DNA of 64,000 nt from Acidobacteriota bacterium (GCA_963664705.1 OY761556.1:736001-800000), one strand, 5' to 3'; shown: positions 11,465-21,338, counted from the first letter of the stretch. Notes: a model not told the origin generated them from the sequence alone. Numbers and translations are program-made.

Positions 11465-11493
11465 ATTCTAAAGATGGGAAGTGTGAGTGTCAA
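11465..11493 (-). promoter_or_regulatory. Sigma70 promoter of the cys operon
   Basis: TTGACA (11493-11488), 17 bp, TAGAAT (11470-11465). Confidence 0.8.
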
Positions 11494-11595
11494 TAAAAAT
11501 GTGATAAAAAGGTGCCACAAAGTAGTAGAAGCGAATGGAGGAGTTCATAAAATAAGGAGCCGGGCACTATAAAAGCAAAAACCTATGGTAATAAC

Positions 11596-11624
11596 TTGAC
11601 ACGATATGCTTGGCATTGTACAAA
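11596..11624 (+). promoter_or_regulatory. Candidate sigma70 promoter for sulfite reductase
   Basis: TTGACA (11596-11601), 17 bp, TACAAA. This implies the track start at 11606 is too early. Confidence 0.45.
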
Positions 11625-11674
11625 GCGTCGAATCGGCAACGATGGATCGGCTATTGGGGAAAAGGCAAAGAATT

Positions 11675-13375
11675 ATGGGGAACCCAGACTACGCTTTCCC
11701 GTTGGAACTGAAAACGGATATTGACGAATACGAACGGAATGTCCGGGCGTTTCTTTCGGCGGGAATGGAGCCTGAAATATTCAAGGCAAAAAGAGTGCCA
11801 TATGGCGTTTATGAGCAAAGAAATGACGGGACCTATATGGTTCGCGTCAGGGTTACGGCCGGGCGTCTGACCTGTGAGCAGGTCCGAGTGTTGTCCGATT
11901 TGTGCATGGCCTTTGGCGATGGACGGCTGCACATTACCACGCGGCAAGACATTCAGTTTCATAGCGTGTCTATTGGGGAAACCCCGATTATCATGAGGCG
12001 ACTTCTTGAAGTGGGCCTTACCACCAAAGGGGGGGGCGGGAATACGGTTAGAAATATCACCGCATGTCCCTATGCCGGCATATGCCCCAACGAAAACCTG
12101 GATGTAAACCCACAGGCACATCAACTGACGGATTACCTTATACGGCAGGCCGGCAGCTACACGCTTCCGAGAAAATACAAGATCTCGTTCAGCGGTTGCG
12201 GGGCCGATTGCGGTCTGGCGCAAATAGCGGACCTTGGATTCATCGGCGCAATAAGACATGGAAGGCCGGGTTTCCATGTATTCGCGGGTGGCGGTTTGGG
12301 TGTCAGTTCCAGGATTGGCGCGCCGTTACTGCATTGGGTACCGACGACAGATGTGATCCGGATTGCCGAATCTGTGCGAAGAGTATTTGACCGGCACGGA
12401 GATCGCAGCAACCGAAGTCGTGCCCGGCTGCGTTTTGTTGTGGAGAGGCTCGGAGAATCGCCCTTCCGAGATGCATTTCGCGGCGAATTCGATAAGATAA
12501 TCAGAAACGGTGTTCCTGAGTCCGTTAGCTCGAATCTGCGGCGAGAGCGCGAGGCCATTCAGCCGCAGACTCCGATTCTTGAAAAAGGCTGTGGGATACG
12601 CTACCTGAAGCAGGTTCAGGATGGATACATAACGATTCCGCTCCACATAAAACTGGGGCTTGTTTCCGCAGAAGAGTTTGCGCGGCTTGGCGATCTGGCT
12701 GCGCGCTTTAGCGAAAGCCGGGATATTTACGCCACTCGAGCGCAGGGACTTCAATTGCGATTTGTCAAAGAGGAAAATCTGCCTTTGCTGGCAGGAGAAT
12801 TACTGCAAATGAAGGCCGACTATATTGACCGCGGATCATTGACCCAGCGAATAGTATCCTGCACCGGAGCTGATACCTGCCGATTGGGGCTTTGTCTCTC
12901 GCGAAATGCTTCGCTCGCCTGCGAAGAGCGACTCAAGGAAAGCGGCATTATAGAGAAGGAGCTTAAAGGACTGTCCATCTTCATCAACGGCTGCCCCAAT
13001 GGTTGCGGTCATCAGCCCATCGCGCCTGTCGGCTTTTCGGGATGTGCCCAGCGAGTTGATGGTCGCCTGGTGCCTGCCTATAAAGTAACACTTGGGGGAA
13101 GGTGCGAATTCCAGCGTGCACGGCTTGGCATTGCTATCGGTCAAATACCTGCAAAAGCGATACCTGCTTTTCTATGCGCGCTGGCCGCCGATTTCGGCGA
13201 GAAGGGGGGCGCGGGGGAAGCCTTCTCCAATTATTTCGACCGCATGGGCAAAGCCCATTTTGTGAATATTCTGAATCGACACGCGACCGTGCCGCGTTTT
13301 GAAGATGCGCCGGACTACTACTTTGATTTCGGAGCCGACGAATTGTTTTCGCTTGTCCGGCGAGACAGCAAATAG
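11675..13375 (+). CDS. sir: Siroheme/[4Fe-4S] sulfite (or nitrite) reductase, ferredoxin-dependent type
   Basis: GVYEQR, HITTRQDIQ, VRNITACP, LPRKYKISFSGC, and ligands SCTGADTCRLG and NGCPNGCG. Divergent from the cys/siroheme genes. Confidence 0.88.
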   Translation: MGNPDYAFPLELKTDIDEYERNVRAFLSAGMEPEIFKAKRVPYGVYEQRNDGTYMVRVRVTAGRLTCEQVRVLSDLCMAFGDGRLHITTRQDIQFHSVSIGETPIIMRRLLEVGLTTKGGGGNTVRNITACPYAGICPNENLDVNPQAHQLTDYLIRQAGSYTLPRKYKISFSGCGADCGLAQIADLGFIGAIRHGRPGFHVFAGGGLGVSSRIGAPLLHWVPTTDVIRIAESVRRVFDRHGDRSNRSRARLRFVVERLGESPFRDAFRGEFDKIIRNGVPESVSSNLRREREAIQPQTPILEKGCGIRYLKQVQDGYITIPLHIKLGLVSAEEFARLGDLAARFSESRDIYATRAQGLQLRFVKEENLPLLAGELLQMKADYIDRGSLTQRIVSCTGADTCRLGLCLSRNASLACEERLKESGIIEKELKGLSIFINGCPNGCGHQPIAPVGFSGCAQRVDGRLVPAYKVTLGGRCEFQRARLGIAIGQIPAKAIPAFLCALAADFGEKGGAGEAFSNYFDRMGKAHFVNILNRHATVPRFEDAPDYYFDFGADELFSLVRRDSK

Positions 13376-13666
13376 TAATGGCGCCCAGCCGGATTGGCTG
13401 CTTTTGATTTGTCCTATTCACCCACATGGTTGTTTGATCGGCATCACAATCCATTCGCGAGGTGCGTCCACTTTCTGCTTCATTCTTTCGCAATTCTCAT
13501 AGAGATCATCGCAGTGAGTAAAACTACCGATGCCCAATTAGGTATTTTTGCCGGTAAGTAAATAGCTGCCTCCTCCCGTCATAAGAGCTGAACACAAGAA
13601 GCATAACTGGCCCAATTGGACGCCCGCGTTGGGTTTGTGATCTCAACTGTACGTTGGAGATATGAC

Positions 13667-16600
13667 ATGAATAGATGCAGATGGTTAATGTACGTGTGCC
13701 TGCTGGCAGCAGCGGGCGTGCAGTGGTTCTGTATGGACGGGACTGCCCAGGCACAGACGAACAGCGAAAATGCGAAAGCGAAACGTAGAATTACGCAGGC
13801 TGAAAGAGAGGCTGCAGCCAACAGGCTGAAAGAGATGAAGGCAGCGGCCTCTGCCAATTCCAAAAATGCGGCGCAGGCATCTTCCGGTGCCACGAAGGCG
13901 GCGAAGCCGGCCGCTTCTTCATCCGGCCGACAGGTTGCAGGTCGCACTCCATCCGCGGCCGCGCTTGCTGCCGGTGCCGGGCTTCAGGTCGGAGCCAACG
14001 GATATCTTATCCCCGATTATTTTGGCAGCGGGAATTGGGCTTTCAGCCCGCCGATCAGGAAGTTCGTTGACACATTGCCCGGAGTTGGATCGGGTGGTTC
14101 GAACAACCTGGGCAACTACCTGCCTGTGGCCGTGCCTGAAGTGCTTGCGGCTTCCGGCGGGACTCCGGAATCGGACTATTATGTCCTTGCCCTTGTGGAA
14201 TTCAGCCAACAGATGCACCGGGATCTGGCACCCACGAGATTGAGGGGATATGTTCAGTTGGAAAGACCCGCGATTCAGGGGGCCGGCTCACATTATCCTT
14301 TGGTGTATCCGGACGGCTCGGCCATCAGGGATGCCAATGGGAACCAGCTTTATGCCATGGACAAACCCCGGTATCTGGGACCCTTGATTCTCTCTCAAAA
14401 GGACCGTCCCGTACGCGTCAAATTCATCAATAAGCTGCCACGCGGTTCCGCCGGTAATCTTTCCATTCCGACCGATACCAGTGTGATGGGGGCGGGCCCG
14501 GGGCCCAATGCCGCCTGGGGATCGGCAGGGCCGGATATCCTGTGCAAAGCCGATCCTGTTAGTGGCGCCATCCCCTATGACTGTTTTACTCAAAACCGTG
14601 CCACGCTCCATCTGCACGGCGGCCTGACGCCCTGGATTAGTGATGGAACCCCGCATCAGTGGATCACTCCTGCGGGTGAGTTGACGCCTTACGTCAAGGG
14701 AGTCAGCCTGTATAACGTTCCGGATATGCCCAATCCCGGCGATGGGGCCAACCTCGATTGCACCAGCCCGGCCGGAGATTTCTGCGGCGCTCAGACCTTC
14801 TACTGGACGAACCAGCAGAGTGCCCGAATGCTGTTTTACCATGACCACGCATCCGGACTCACACGCCTCAATGTTTACGTCGGCGAAGCAGCGGGTTACC
14901 TGATCAGCGATCCGACGGAGGCCGCCCTAGTGGCGGACGGTATCATTCCCGGGAATCAGATTCCGCTCGTCATTCAGGATAAGAGTTTCGTGGATGCCAC
15001 GCCTCTTCCTGACGGCACTCCCACCATTCTCCGGGATGATCCTACCTGGAATTGGGGGACCGGTTCATTGGCTGCGGCAAACGCCTCGGGTTATCGCCAG
15101 CGAACGCCCATAACGGGAGATCTCTGGTATCCGCATGTTTATTCACCCGCGCAAAATCCTCAGGATGCTCTCGGACTCAATGCCTATGGTCGCTGGATGT
15201 ATGGGCCATGGTTTTTCCCGCCGACCACCAACATTACTTATCCTCCGGTTGCCAATCCCTATTACGATTGCGGTCCCGGCGGGCCATGCACGGCACCCTG
15301 GCAGCCGTCTCTAATGCCGGGGACGCCTCAGCCGTCCGCTCCCGGAGAATCCTTCATGGATACGGCAATGGTGAACGGTGCGGCATTTCCTACCGTTACA
15401 CTGGATCCCAAAAGCTATCGTTTCCGGATTCTGAATGCGGCTAACGATAGATTCTTCAATCTGTCCATGTATCTGGCAGACTCTTCGGTCACCAGTGCCG
15501 ATGGCCGAACCAATACGGAAGTTAAGGTTGTTCCCGCCGCCGCCACCGCCGGTTTCCCGGCGAAATGGCCGACCGACGGGCGCGATGGGGGAGTTCCGGA
15601 CCCGGCAACGATGGGGCCGGACTGGGTTCAAATTGGGAATGAAGCCGGTTTTTTGCCCGCTCCGGCGGTGATCCCGCCGCTTCCGACCATCTTCAATGCT
15701 GATCCGACGCAGTTCACCTTTGGGAACGTGATTGATCATTCGCTGCTGCTGGCACCGGCCGAGCGCGCCGACGTTATCGTCGATTTCTCAGCCTATGCCG
15801 GGAAGACCCTGATTCTGTACAATGACGCTCCCGCTGCCTTCCCCGCGCGCGATCCTCGCGTCGATTATTTCACCGATGCCCCGGATCTTCGCTCTACCGG
15901 TGGACACAGTGGACCCAAAGCCGGCTTTGGTCCCAATACGCGCACCGTAATGCAGATCGTCATCAGAAACACAACTCCGGATCCGGCCTTTAATCTTGCA
16001 GCTCTGCAGGCCAGATTCAATCCAACCAACGGGGCAACCGGTGTGTTTGCAAGCTCGCAAAACCCGGTTATTGTCGGGCAGAGTGATTATGATACCGCCT
16101 ACAATAAGACTTTCCCCGCCACCTACCCGAATTGGGGAAAAGTGACCATCGATATGTGGAATCTGCCCTTCGAGACTGTGGATGGCCGATCCATGACAAT
16201 CCCGCTTCAGCCAAAGGCTATGCACGATGAAATGGGCGCAGCCTACGATGAATACGGAAGAATGAGCACCAAACTAGGCCTCGAGATGTTGCCTCCCACT
16301 GCAACCACCCAGAATTTCATTCTGCGCAGCTATATCGACCCACCGAGCGAAATCATCTCGGATTCAGGGACGGTTGGCTATCCGCAACTGGGGGATGGAA
16401 CACAGATATGGAGAATCACACATCATGGAGTCGACACTCACCCGATTCACTTCCATCTCTTTGATGTTCAGGTCATCAATCGCATTGGTTGGGATAACCT
16501 GATCATTCCCACAGACCCCAACGAATTGGGGTGGAAGGAAACTGTTCGAATCAGCCCGTTGCAGGATACGATTGTTGCATTGAGACCGGTTGCCCCCAAG

Positions 16601-17695
16601 TTGCCTTTTGGCATACCGGACAGCAACCGTCCATTGAATCCAGCAATGCCGCTGGGCTCTCCGGATGGATTCAGTAATGTCGGACCCGATGGCAATGCGC
16701 TGCCATCCCCGGTAACCAACCAGATCATGAATTTTGGTTGGGAATACGTGTGGCATTGCCACATCCTGAGCCATGAAGAGATGGACATGATGCGGCCGAT
16801 CTATTTCTCGGTTGCGCAGGTGGCTCCCGCGGCACCGACCCTCAATTCCGTGACCGCGCCCGCAATTGCACCGCCGACTGCCTTGCAGATCAACCTTGTG
16901 TTCCATCGTAATTCAACCAACGAGATAGGATTTCAGATCCAGCGCGCTACCGCGTTGGCTGGTCCGTTCAGCAATGTCGGGTCGGCGCTGGCAAATGCAA
17001 CATCCTATATCGATAAAACCGTCCTGCAGGGTAGAACGTACTTCTACCGGGTTGTCGCCTACAATGCCCAGGGAAACTCCGCCTCGTCGAATGTTCTCTC
17101 CGCTACCACCGCGGCCAGGATTCCTTCGATTCCCACCGGGTTGATCCCTTCCGCGACAGCAACCCCATCGCTGCGTGTGAACCTGACCTGGACGATTGTC
17201 GACGCCAATCTGACTGGGGCAACGATCCAGAGGGCGACCAATCTCGGATTTACCGCCGGGTTGACCACGTTTGCCGTCAATTCGGCCAATCCAACGGCTT
17301 ATACCGACATGACGGTAGCGGCCAACAGCACCTATTATTACCGTGTTGCGGTAACCAATTCCGCCGGAACATCGGCTTATTCAGCGGCAGTAATTGTTGT
17401 GACTCCCGGCGCTCTGGCTGCTCCGACAAACCTGAGGACCACGCTTGTGGTACAAAGGACCACCGGACAGAATAACGGGCGAATCATTCTTGCCTGGAAT
17501 GCAACGGCGGGCGCTTCCGGTTATCAAGTGTGGAGAAGCGTCAACGGCGGCGCATTTGCGCAGGTTGGAACAACCACGCTGACAACCTTCCAAAACAGCA
17601 ATCTGGCCGCGGGCACCTATCTTTACGAGGTGCGCGCAACCAATGGCACTGTGCTTTCACCTTTTTCAAACATTTTGACCGTAGTGATTAATTGA
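13667..17695 (+). CDS. Large secreted multicopper oxidase with three C-terminal fibronectin type III repeats
   Basis: Signal peptide. All four Cu motifs present: HLHGG, YHDH, HPIHFH, WHCHILSHEEMDMM. FN3 signatures YFYRVVAYN, YYYRVAVTN, YLYEVRATN. RBS GGAGA. Confidence 0.9.
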   Translation: MNRCRWLMYVCLLAAAGVQWFCMDGTAQAQTNSENAKAKRRITQAEREAAANRLKEMKAAASANSKNAAQASSGATKAAKPAASSSGRQVAGRTPSAAALAAGAGLQVGANGYLIPDYFGSGNWAFSPPIRKFVDTLPGVGSGGSNNLGNYLPVAVPEVLAASGGTPESDYYVLALVEFSQQMHRDLAPTRLRGYVQLERPAIQGAGSHYPLVYPDGSAIRDANGNQLYAMDKPRYLGPLILSQKDRPVRVKFINKLPRGSAGNLSIPTDTSVMGAGPGPNAAWGSAGPDILCKADPVSGAIPYDCFTQNRATLHLHGGLTPWISDGTPHQWITPAGELTPYVKGVSLYNVPDMPNPGDGANLDCTSPAGDFCGAQTFYWTNQQSARMLFYHDHASGLTRLNVYVGEAAGYLISDPTEAALVADGIIPGNQIPLVIQDKSFVDATPLPDGTPTILRDDPTWNWGTGSLAAANASGYRQRTPITGDLWYPHVYSPAQNPQDALGLNAYGRWMYGPWFFPPTTNITYPPVANPYYDCGPGGPCTAPWQPSLMPGTPQPSAPGESFMDTAMVNGAAFPTVTLDPKSYRFRILNAANDRFFNLSMYLADSSVTSADGRTNTEVKVVPAAATAGFPAKWPTDGRDGGVPDPATMGPDWVQIGNEAGFLPAPAVIPPLPTIFNADPTQFTFGNVIDHSLLLAPAERADVIVDFSAYAGKTLILYNDAPAAFPARDPRVDYFTDAPDLRSTGGHSGPKAGFGPNTRTVMQIVIRNTTPDPAFNLAALQARFNPTNGATGVFASSQNPVIVGQSDYDTAYNKTFPATYPNWGKVTIDMWNLPFETVDGRSMTIPLQPKAMHDEMGAAYDEYGRMSTKLGLEMLPPTATTQNFILRSYIDPPSEIISDSGTVGYPQLGDGTQIWRITHHGVDTHPIHFHLFDVQVINRIGWDNLIIPTDPNELGWKETVRISPLQDTIVALRPVAPKLPFGIPDSNRPLNPAMPLGSPDGFSNVGPDGNALPSPVTNQIMNFGWEYVWHCHILSHEEMDMMRPIYFSVAQVAPAAPTLNSVTAPAIAPPTALQINLVFHRNSTNEIGFQIQRATALAGPFSNVGSALANATSYIDKTVLQGRTYFYRVVAYNAQGNSASSNVLSATTAARIPSIPTGLIPSATATPSLRVNLTWTIVDANLTGATIQRATNLGFTAGLTTFAVNSANPTAYTDMTVAANSTYYYRVAVTNSAGTSAYSAAVIVVTPGALAAPTNLRTTLVVQRTTGQNNGRIILAWNATAGASGYQVWRSVNGGAFAQVGTTTLTTFQNSNLAAGTYLYEVRATNGTVLSPFSNILTVVIN

Positions 17696-17706
17696 TGCGC
17701 CTCGAC

Positions 17707-17768
17707 TGACAGGGACGCAATCCCTGTCGGCCACGTGGCTGGTAGAGAAGCCACGCTCTACCAGCCAC
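17707..17768 (+). other. Two tandem intergenic hairpins
   Basis: GACAGGGA/TCCCTGTC stem and a perfect 13-bp stem GTGGCTGGTAGAG/CTCTACCAGCCAC. No U-tract. Confidence 0.6.
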
Positions 17769-17794
17769 ATCCTTTGATTATGGAGGAAGTACAG

Positions 17795-18439
17795 ATGAAA
17801 AAGTCACTAATAGCCATACCGCTTATCCTGATGGGCCTTCTGGCAACGCCTGCGTGGGCCACAATGGTGAATGTTGATTTTAATGAATTAGGGCTCGATA
17901 ACATTGACCTGACAGTGGGACGCAATCCGGCCGGATGGGTCGGGTACACGATGCAGGATGGAATTACTTTCCTGTATGACTACAGCGGAGAGGATCCGCT
18001 GGCCGCCTGGCTTAGCAATACCGGAATTTTTGGTGATACCGGCCCCGCGCTGCAGTTTGATTTCGGACTTACCAACCCGACCGGGCTTGCGAATAGCCTG
18101 TTGGTCGATTATACGCTCCTCAATGTCCCGTTTGATCCCAGCAGCCCTCCCGATCTGGTGACAGACGCCTTGTTTGTGATGTTTGATACGGGAGATTTCG
18201 TTTCTTCCAATGCGGCCTTCGTAGCGGACTCCAATGGCGTCGGCACCGCTACCGGGCAGTTGAGTTATCAGGGGCCTGCATTCAGTCAGGCGCTCCTGCT
18301 TTTTTATAGCCCCCCCACATCCTTTTTTGACGTTTCGGCTGTTTCCTATTCTCCTGTTCCGGAGCCGGGCACTCTGGTTCTGCTTGCATCGGGAATTTTA
18401 GGGATGATTGGGTTCGGAAGATATGTGAAGGTGCGCTGA
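17795..18439 (+). CDS. PEP-CTERM sorting-domain surface protein
   Basis: RBS GGAGG, signal peptide MKKSLIAIPL..AWA, C-terminal VPEPGTLVLLASGILGMIGFGRYVKVR. Confidence 0.9.
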   Translation: MKKSLIAIPLILMGLLATPAWATMVNVDFNELGLDNIDLTVGRNPAGWVGYTMQDGITFLYDYSGEDPLAAWLSNTGIFGDTGPALQFDFGLTNPTGLANSLLVDYTLLNVPFDPSSPPDLVTDALFVMFDTGDFVSSNAAFVADSNGVGTATGQLSYQGPAFSQALLLFYSPPTSFFDVSAVSYSPVPEPGTLVLLASGILGMIGFGRYVKVR

Positions 18440-18500
18440 GACCATTCCGCTAAACCAAGGGGGCGGATCCATCATTCGCTCCCTTCCTGATCGGGAGCCT

Positions 18501-19955
18501 ATGATGAAGACAACCATCCGGATATCCATACTGGCGCTGCTGACTGTGTTTTTCTATCTTGCCGGATCCTGGCGCAGCCAGAACCGAATCCAGAGCGAGG
18601 CATCAACGCAGAAAGCGCTTTATTACATGTGCCCGATGCATCCGACTTTCAGATCGGACAAGCCGGGAGTCGCTCCATGTTGTGGAATGGAGATGGAACC
18701 GGTGTATTCGGAGAATCACAAAGCCGGGACCGATTCGGGTCATGCCTCAGCAGCCGGCATTCATATCGAAGCAGACCGGCAGCAGTTGATGGGATTGCGC
18801 ACCGGAACTGTTCAACGAAGCTTCAATGCGCGATCGCTCAGAATTTTGGGCAGGGTAGCGGCGGATGAAACCAGGGTCTACAAAATCATAGCGCCGGACA
18901 GCGGGTGGATTCGCGAAATCTATCCCAATACGGTCGGCAGTTTCGTCAGGAGGGATCAGCCGCTCGCGGCATTTTATGCCACTCCTGCGCTCCAGGGCGC
19001 TCTCCTGACATACGTCAATACGCTGAACCTGGTTTCGCAGAATCCCGCCAGCAATGGTGAACTTCCGGGGCAGGCTGTTCCAGCCGAGACGCGTATCCAG
19101 GCGGCTGCGGATGCCCTGCGCAATCTTGGGGTGAGCGATTTTCAGATTGCTGAACTTACGCGCACGCGCAAGCCGATGAAAAATATCCTTGTTTGCTCGC
19201 CGGAATCCGGATTTGTCACGATCAGAAACGTATCCTTGGGACAGCGCTTTGTTGCCGGGGAAGAACTGTACCGTATCGTTAATTTGAGCAGAGTATGGGT
19301 TCTGGCAGACCTTTTTGAGAATGAGGCGGGCTTTTTGCGTCCTGGTTTGTCTGCGGAGATTCGCTATCCCGCTCTTGGCCGAACCCTCGCAGCCAAGGTC
19401 AGCGAAGTCTTGCCTCAATTTGATTCAGCAAGCCGCACACTCAAGGTAAGGCTGGAAACGGACAATCCGGAATTTTTTCTCCGCCCGGATATGTTTGTAG
19501 ATGTCCAATTATCCATCCCGTCCTCCAACGCCTTGACCATTCCCGCCGAAGCGCTATTGGATACCGGGCTGCGAAAAATGGTTTTTGTCGATTGCGGCAA
19601 CGGGGCGTTTGAAGCGCGCGAGATACAGGTCGGATGGCGATCCAATGGAAGTGTAGAAGTCAAGGCAGGGCTGGAAGAGGGAGAGAAGATTGTTGTCTCG
19701 GGAAACTTCCTGCTCGATTCGGAGAGCCGTATGCGGCAGGTGAGTGTCGAATCCCCATCCAAGACGCTACCAGTTGCGGACGGGCATACCGGAAGGAGAA
19801 TGGTGGACCCCGTTTGCGGAATGACCGTTGAGGTCAATGCCACTACTTTGCGGAGTGTGCACCTGGGGCATACCTATTATTTTTGCCTGGAGAACTGCAA
19901 ACGCCGCTTTGAGAGTAATCCATCCCGCTATCTGGCAGGCAAAACGGTTTCGTGA
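18501..19955 (+). CDS. CusB-like heavy-metal RND periplasmic adaptor with N-terminal metal-binding and C-terminal YHS domains
   Basis: YYMCPMHP..PGVAPCCGM, RTLKVRL, LRPDMFV, SGNFLLDSESR, and DPVCGM..YYFC..C. Confidence 0.88.
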   Translation: MMKTTIRISILALLTVFFYLAGSWRSQNRIQSEASTQKALYYMCPMHPTFRSDKPGVAPCCGMEMEPVYSENHKAGTDSGHASAAGIHIEADRQQLMGLRTGTVQRSFNARSLRILGRVAADETRVYKIIAPDSGWIREIYPNTVGSFVRRDQPLAAFYATPALQGALLTYVNTLNLVSQNPASNGELPGQAVPAETRIQAAADALRNLGVSDFQIAELTRTRKPMKNILVCSPESGFVTIRNVSLGQRFVAGEELYRIVNLSRVWVLADLFENEAGFLRPGLSAEIRYPALGRTLAAKVSEVLPQFDSASRTLKVRLETDNPEFFLRPDMFVDVQLSIPSSNALTIPAEALLDTGLRKMVFVDCGNGAFEAREIQVGWRSNGSVEVKAGLEEGEKIVVSGNFLLDSESRMRQVSVESPSKTLPVADGHTGRRMVDPVCGMTVEVNATTLRSVHLGHTYYFCLENCKRRFESNPSRYLAGKTVS

Positions 19956-19976
19956 AGTATAAGGGCGGATAAAGTC

Positions 19977-20525
19977 CTAGGCAGCCGCCTGGACGATGGT
20001 GCCCGTTTCCAGCGTTGCGCTCTGTTGTATCGAGATATTGGCGGACAAACCGCTGAGCGTTTTCAGATCGCCAAGCTTCTCGAGTTTATTCTGAGCTCCA
20101 TCCAGATTGCCGGATTGCATTTTTGAAGAAGCCTGTTCGAGGGTCTGCAGCGCCTTGTGAATATCCTGCAATTCCTGCTGGCTCAAATCCCCTTCAACCG
20201 AGACCGAGTATTTTTGCGTGGAGGAAGTGCTCGTTGTGTTTGTGCTGGTGGATGGGTCCTGGCGATGCATTCGTGCATGGCCGCCGTTTCTATGATGATG
20301 CGATCCATGGGAGCGACCTGCTTGATCATAGGAGGCGTAAGACTCGGAGGAGGCTTCGAATTGAAGCGTAGATGAAAGCGTTACTTTGTCTCCTTCGGCG
20401 GTGGTGATCTCTATTTCCGCAGTCTGGGTGCTCGTTATGGAGGCTTTTCGATATTGCATTGCCTCACCGCCCGCAGACGGATTAGTGGTCGCGATGCTCT
20501 GTTGTCCCAACGCTGAAATACTCAT
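19977..20525 (-). CDS. Hypothetical Ser/Thr/His-rich protein
   Basis: RBS GGAGG. TAEGDKVTLS and SVEGDLSQQEL segments, plus a His-rich insert SHGSHHHRNGGHARMH. Confidence 0.75.
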   Translation of the reverse strand: MSISALGQQSIATTNPSAGGEAMQYRKASITSTQTAEIEITTAEGDKVTLSSTLQFEASSESYASYDQAGRSHGSHHHRNGGHARMHRQDPSTSTNTTSTSSTQKYSVSVEGDLSQQELQDIHKALQTLEQASSKMQSGNLDGAQNKLEKLGDLKTLSGLSANISIQQSATLETGTIVQAAA

Positions 20526-20782
20526 ACGATGCCTCCGCCCGATAATGCACGAGAGATCATTCCCGACCTGCTCCGTGAATCATCGGCTTTGTATGATCTA
20601 CTGATCGACAGAACACGGTTCTTACTTAACGAGGATTTTTTTGACAGCAAAACCCGATCGTTCCACAACGAGTCATGCAGGCCGGTCCTATGCCGGGGAA
20701 ATGAGTTTTCAGAACTGCAATTGCCGTTTGTGCGGAGCAGGCCGCATGCTATCTTTTCTCCTTCCAGGAAAGGGGAGAGCGC

Positions 20783-20941
20783 ATGAAAAAATATTCCTGC
20801 CCTTGTGGCTATATTTATGATCCGGTAGCGGGAGATCCTGATTCGGGCATCATGCCCGGCACTCCATTCGAAGAAATACCCAATGAATGGCGCTGTCCGA
20901 CGTGCGGCGTGAGCAAGGATATCTTCTCGCCGATGGATTAG
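20783..20941 (+). CDS. Rubredoxin (52 aa)
   Basis: [62 protein letters not shown]. Too short for the ORF track. Confidence 0.93.
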   Translation: MKKYSCPCGYIYDPVAGDPDSGIMPGTPFEEIPNEWRCPTCGVSKDIFSPMD

Positions 20942-21122
20942 CGCTGTCTGCATTGCCGCTTTTGGAAAAGATGCTTCTTTTTGATCTGGTCTCGCGCAAC
21001 TGCAAGGGACGTTAATAACCTGCTGTGGGCAGGAGCCGCATCCCTGGTGCCGTCGCTCCCGCCCACTTTCCATGTCTTGTCTCGAAGAAGCCCTGATGCA
21101 GGCGAAATCCTGCATCAGAGGA

Positions 21123-21305
21123 TTACCACGAGGAGAACATCCTTTCTGGGCTGCAGAGATTCTCACGGCTTGCCGCGGATTTCCCGCATTCCGAACAAAC
21201 GTAGGAAGGGTTGTTCACCAGCCTCTTCAGTTCTTCCGAATCTGAATCAGGAGGGAAGTCACAGATCTTTCTTGTGGACTGATCCTCTGATCGCTTTTTT
21301 TCCAT
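21123..21305 (-). CDS. Small Cys-containing (Zn/Fe-finger-like) protein, 60 aa
   Basis: RBS GAGGTG, KIC..PSYVCSECGKSAASRENLCSP, and its own promoter. Confidence 0.75.
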   Translation of the reverse strand: MEKKRSEDQSTRKICDFPPDSDSEELKRLVNNPSYVCSECGKSAASRENLCSPERMFSSW

Positions 21306-21338
21306 TGGCCACCTCATAGGTAGAAAAAACTTAACTAA

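Noticed and set aside
17707-17768. GGGACGCAA resembling the c-di-GMP-I (GEMM) riboswitch core
   Set aside because: The GGCAAAC..GAAA P2 and the P3 architecture are missing; these are only two simple hairpins
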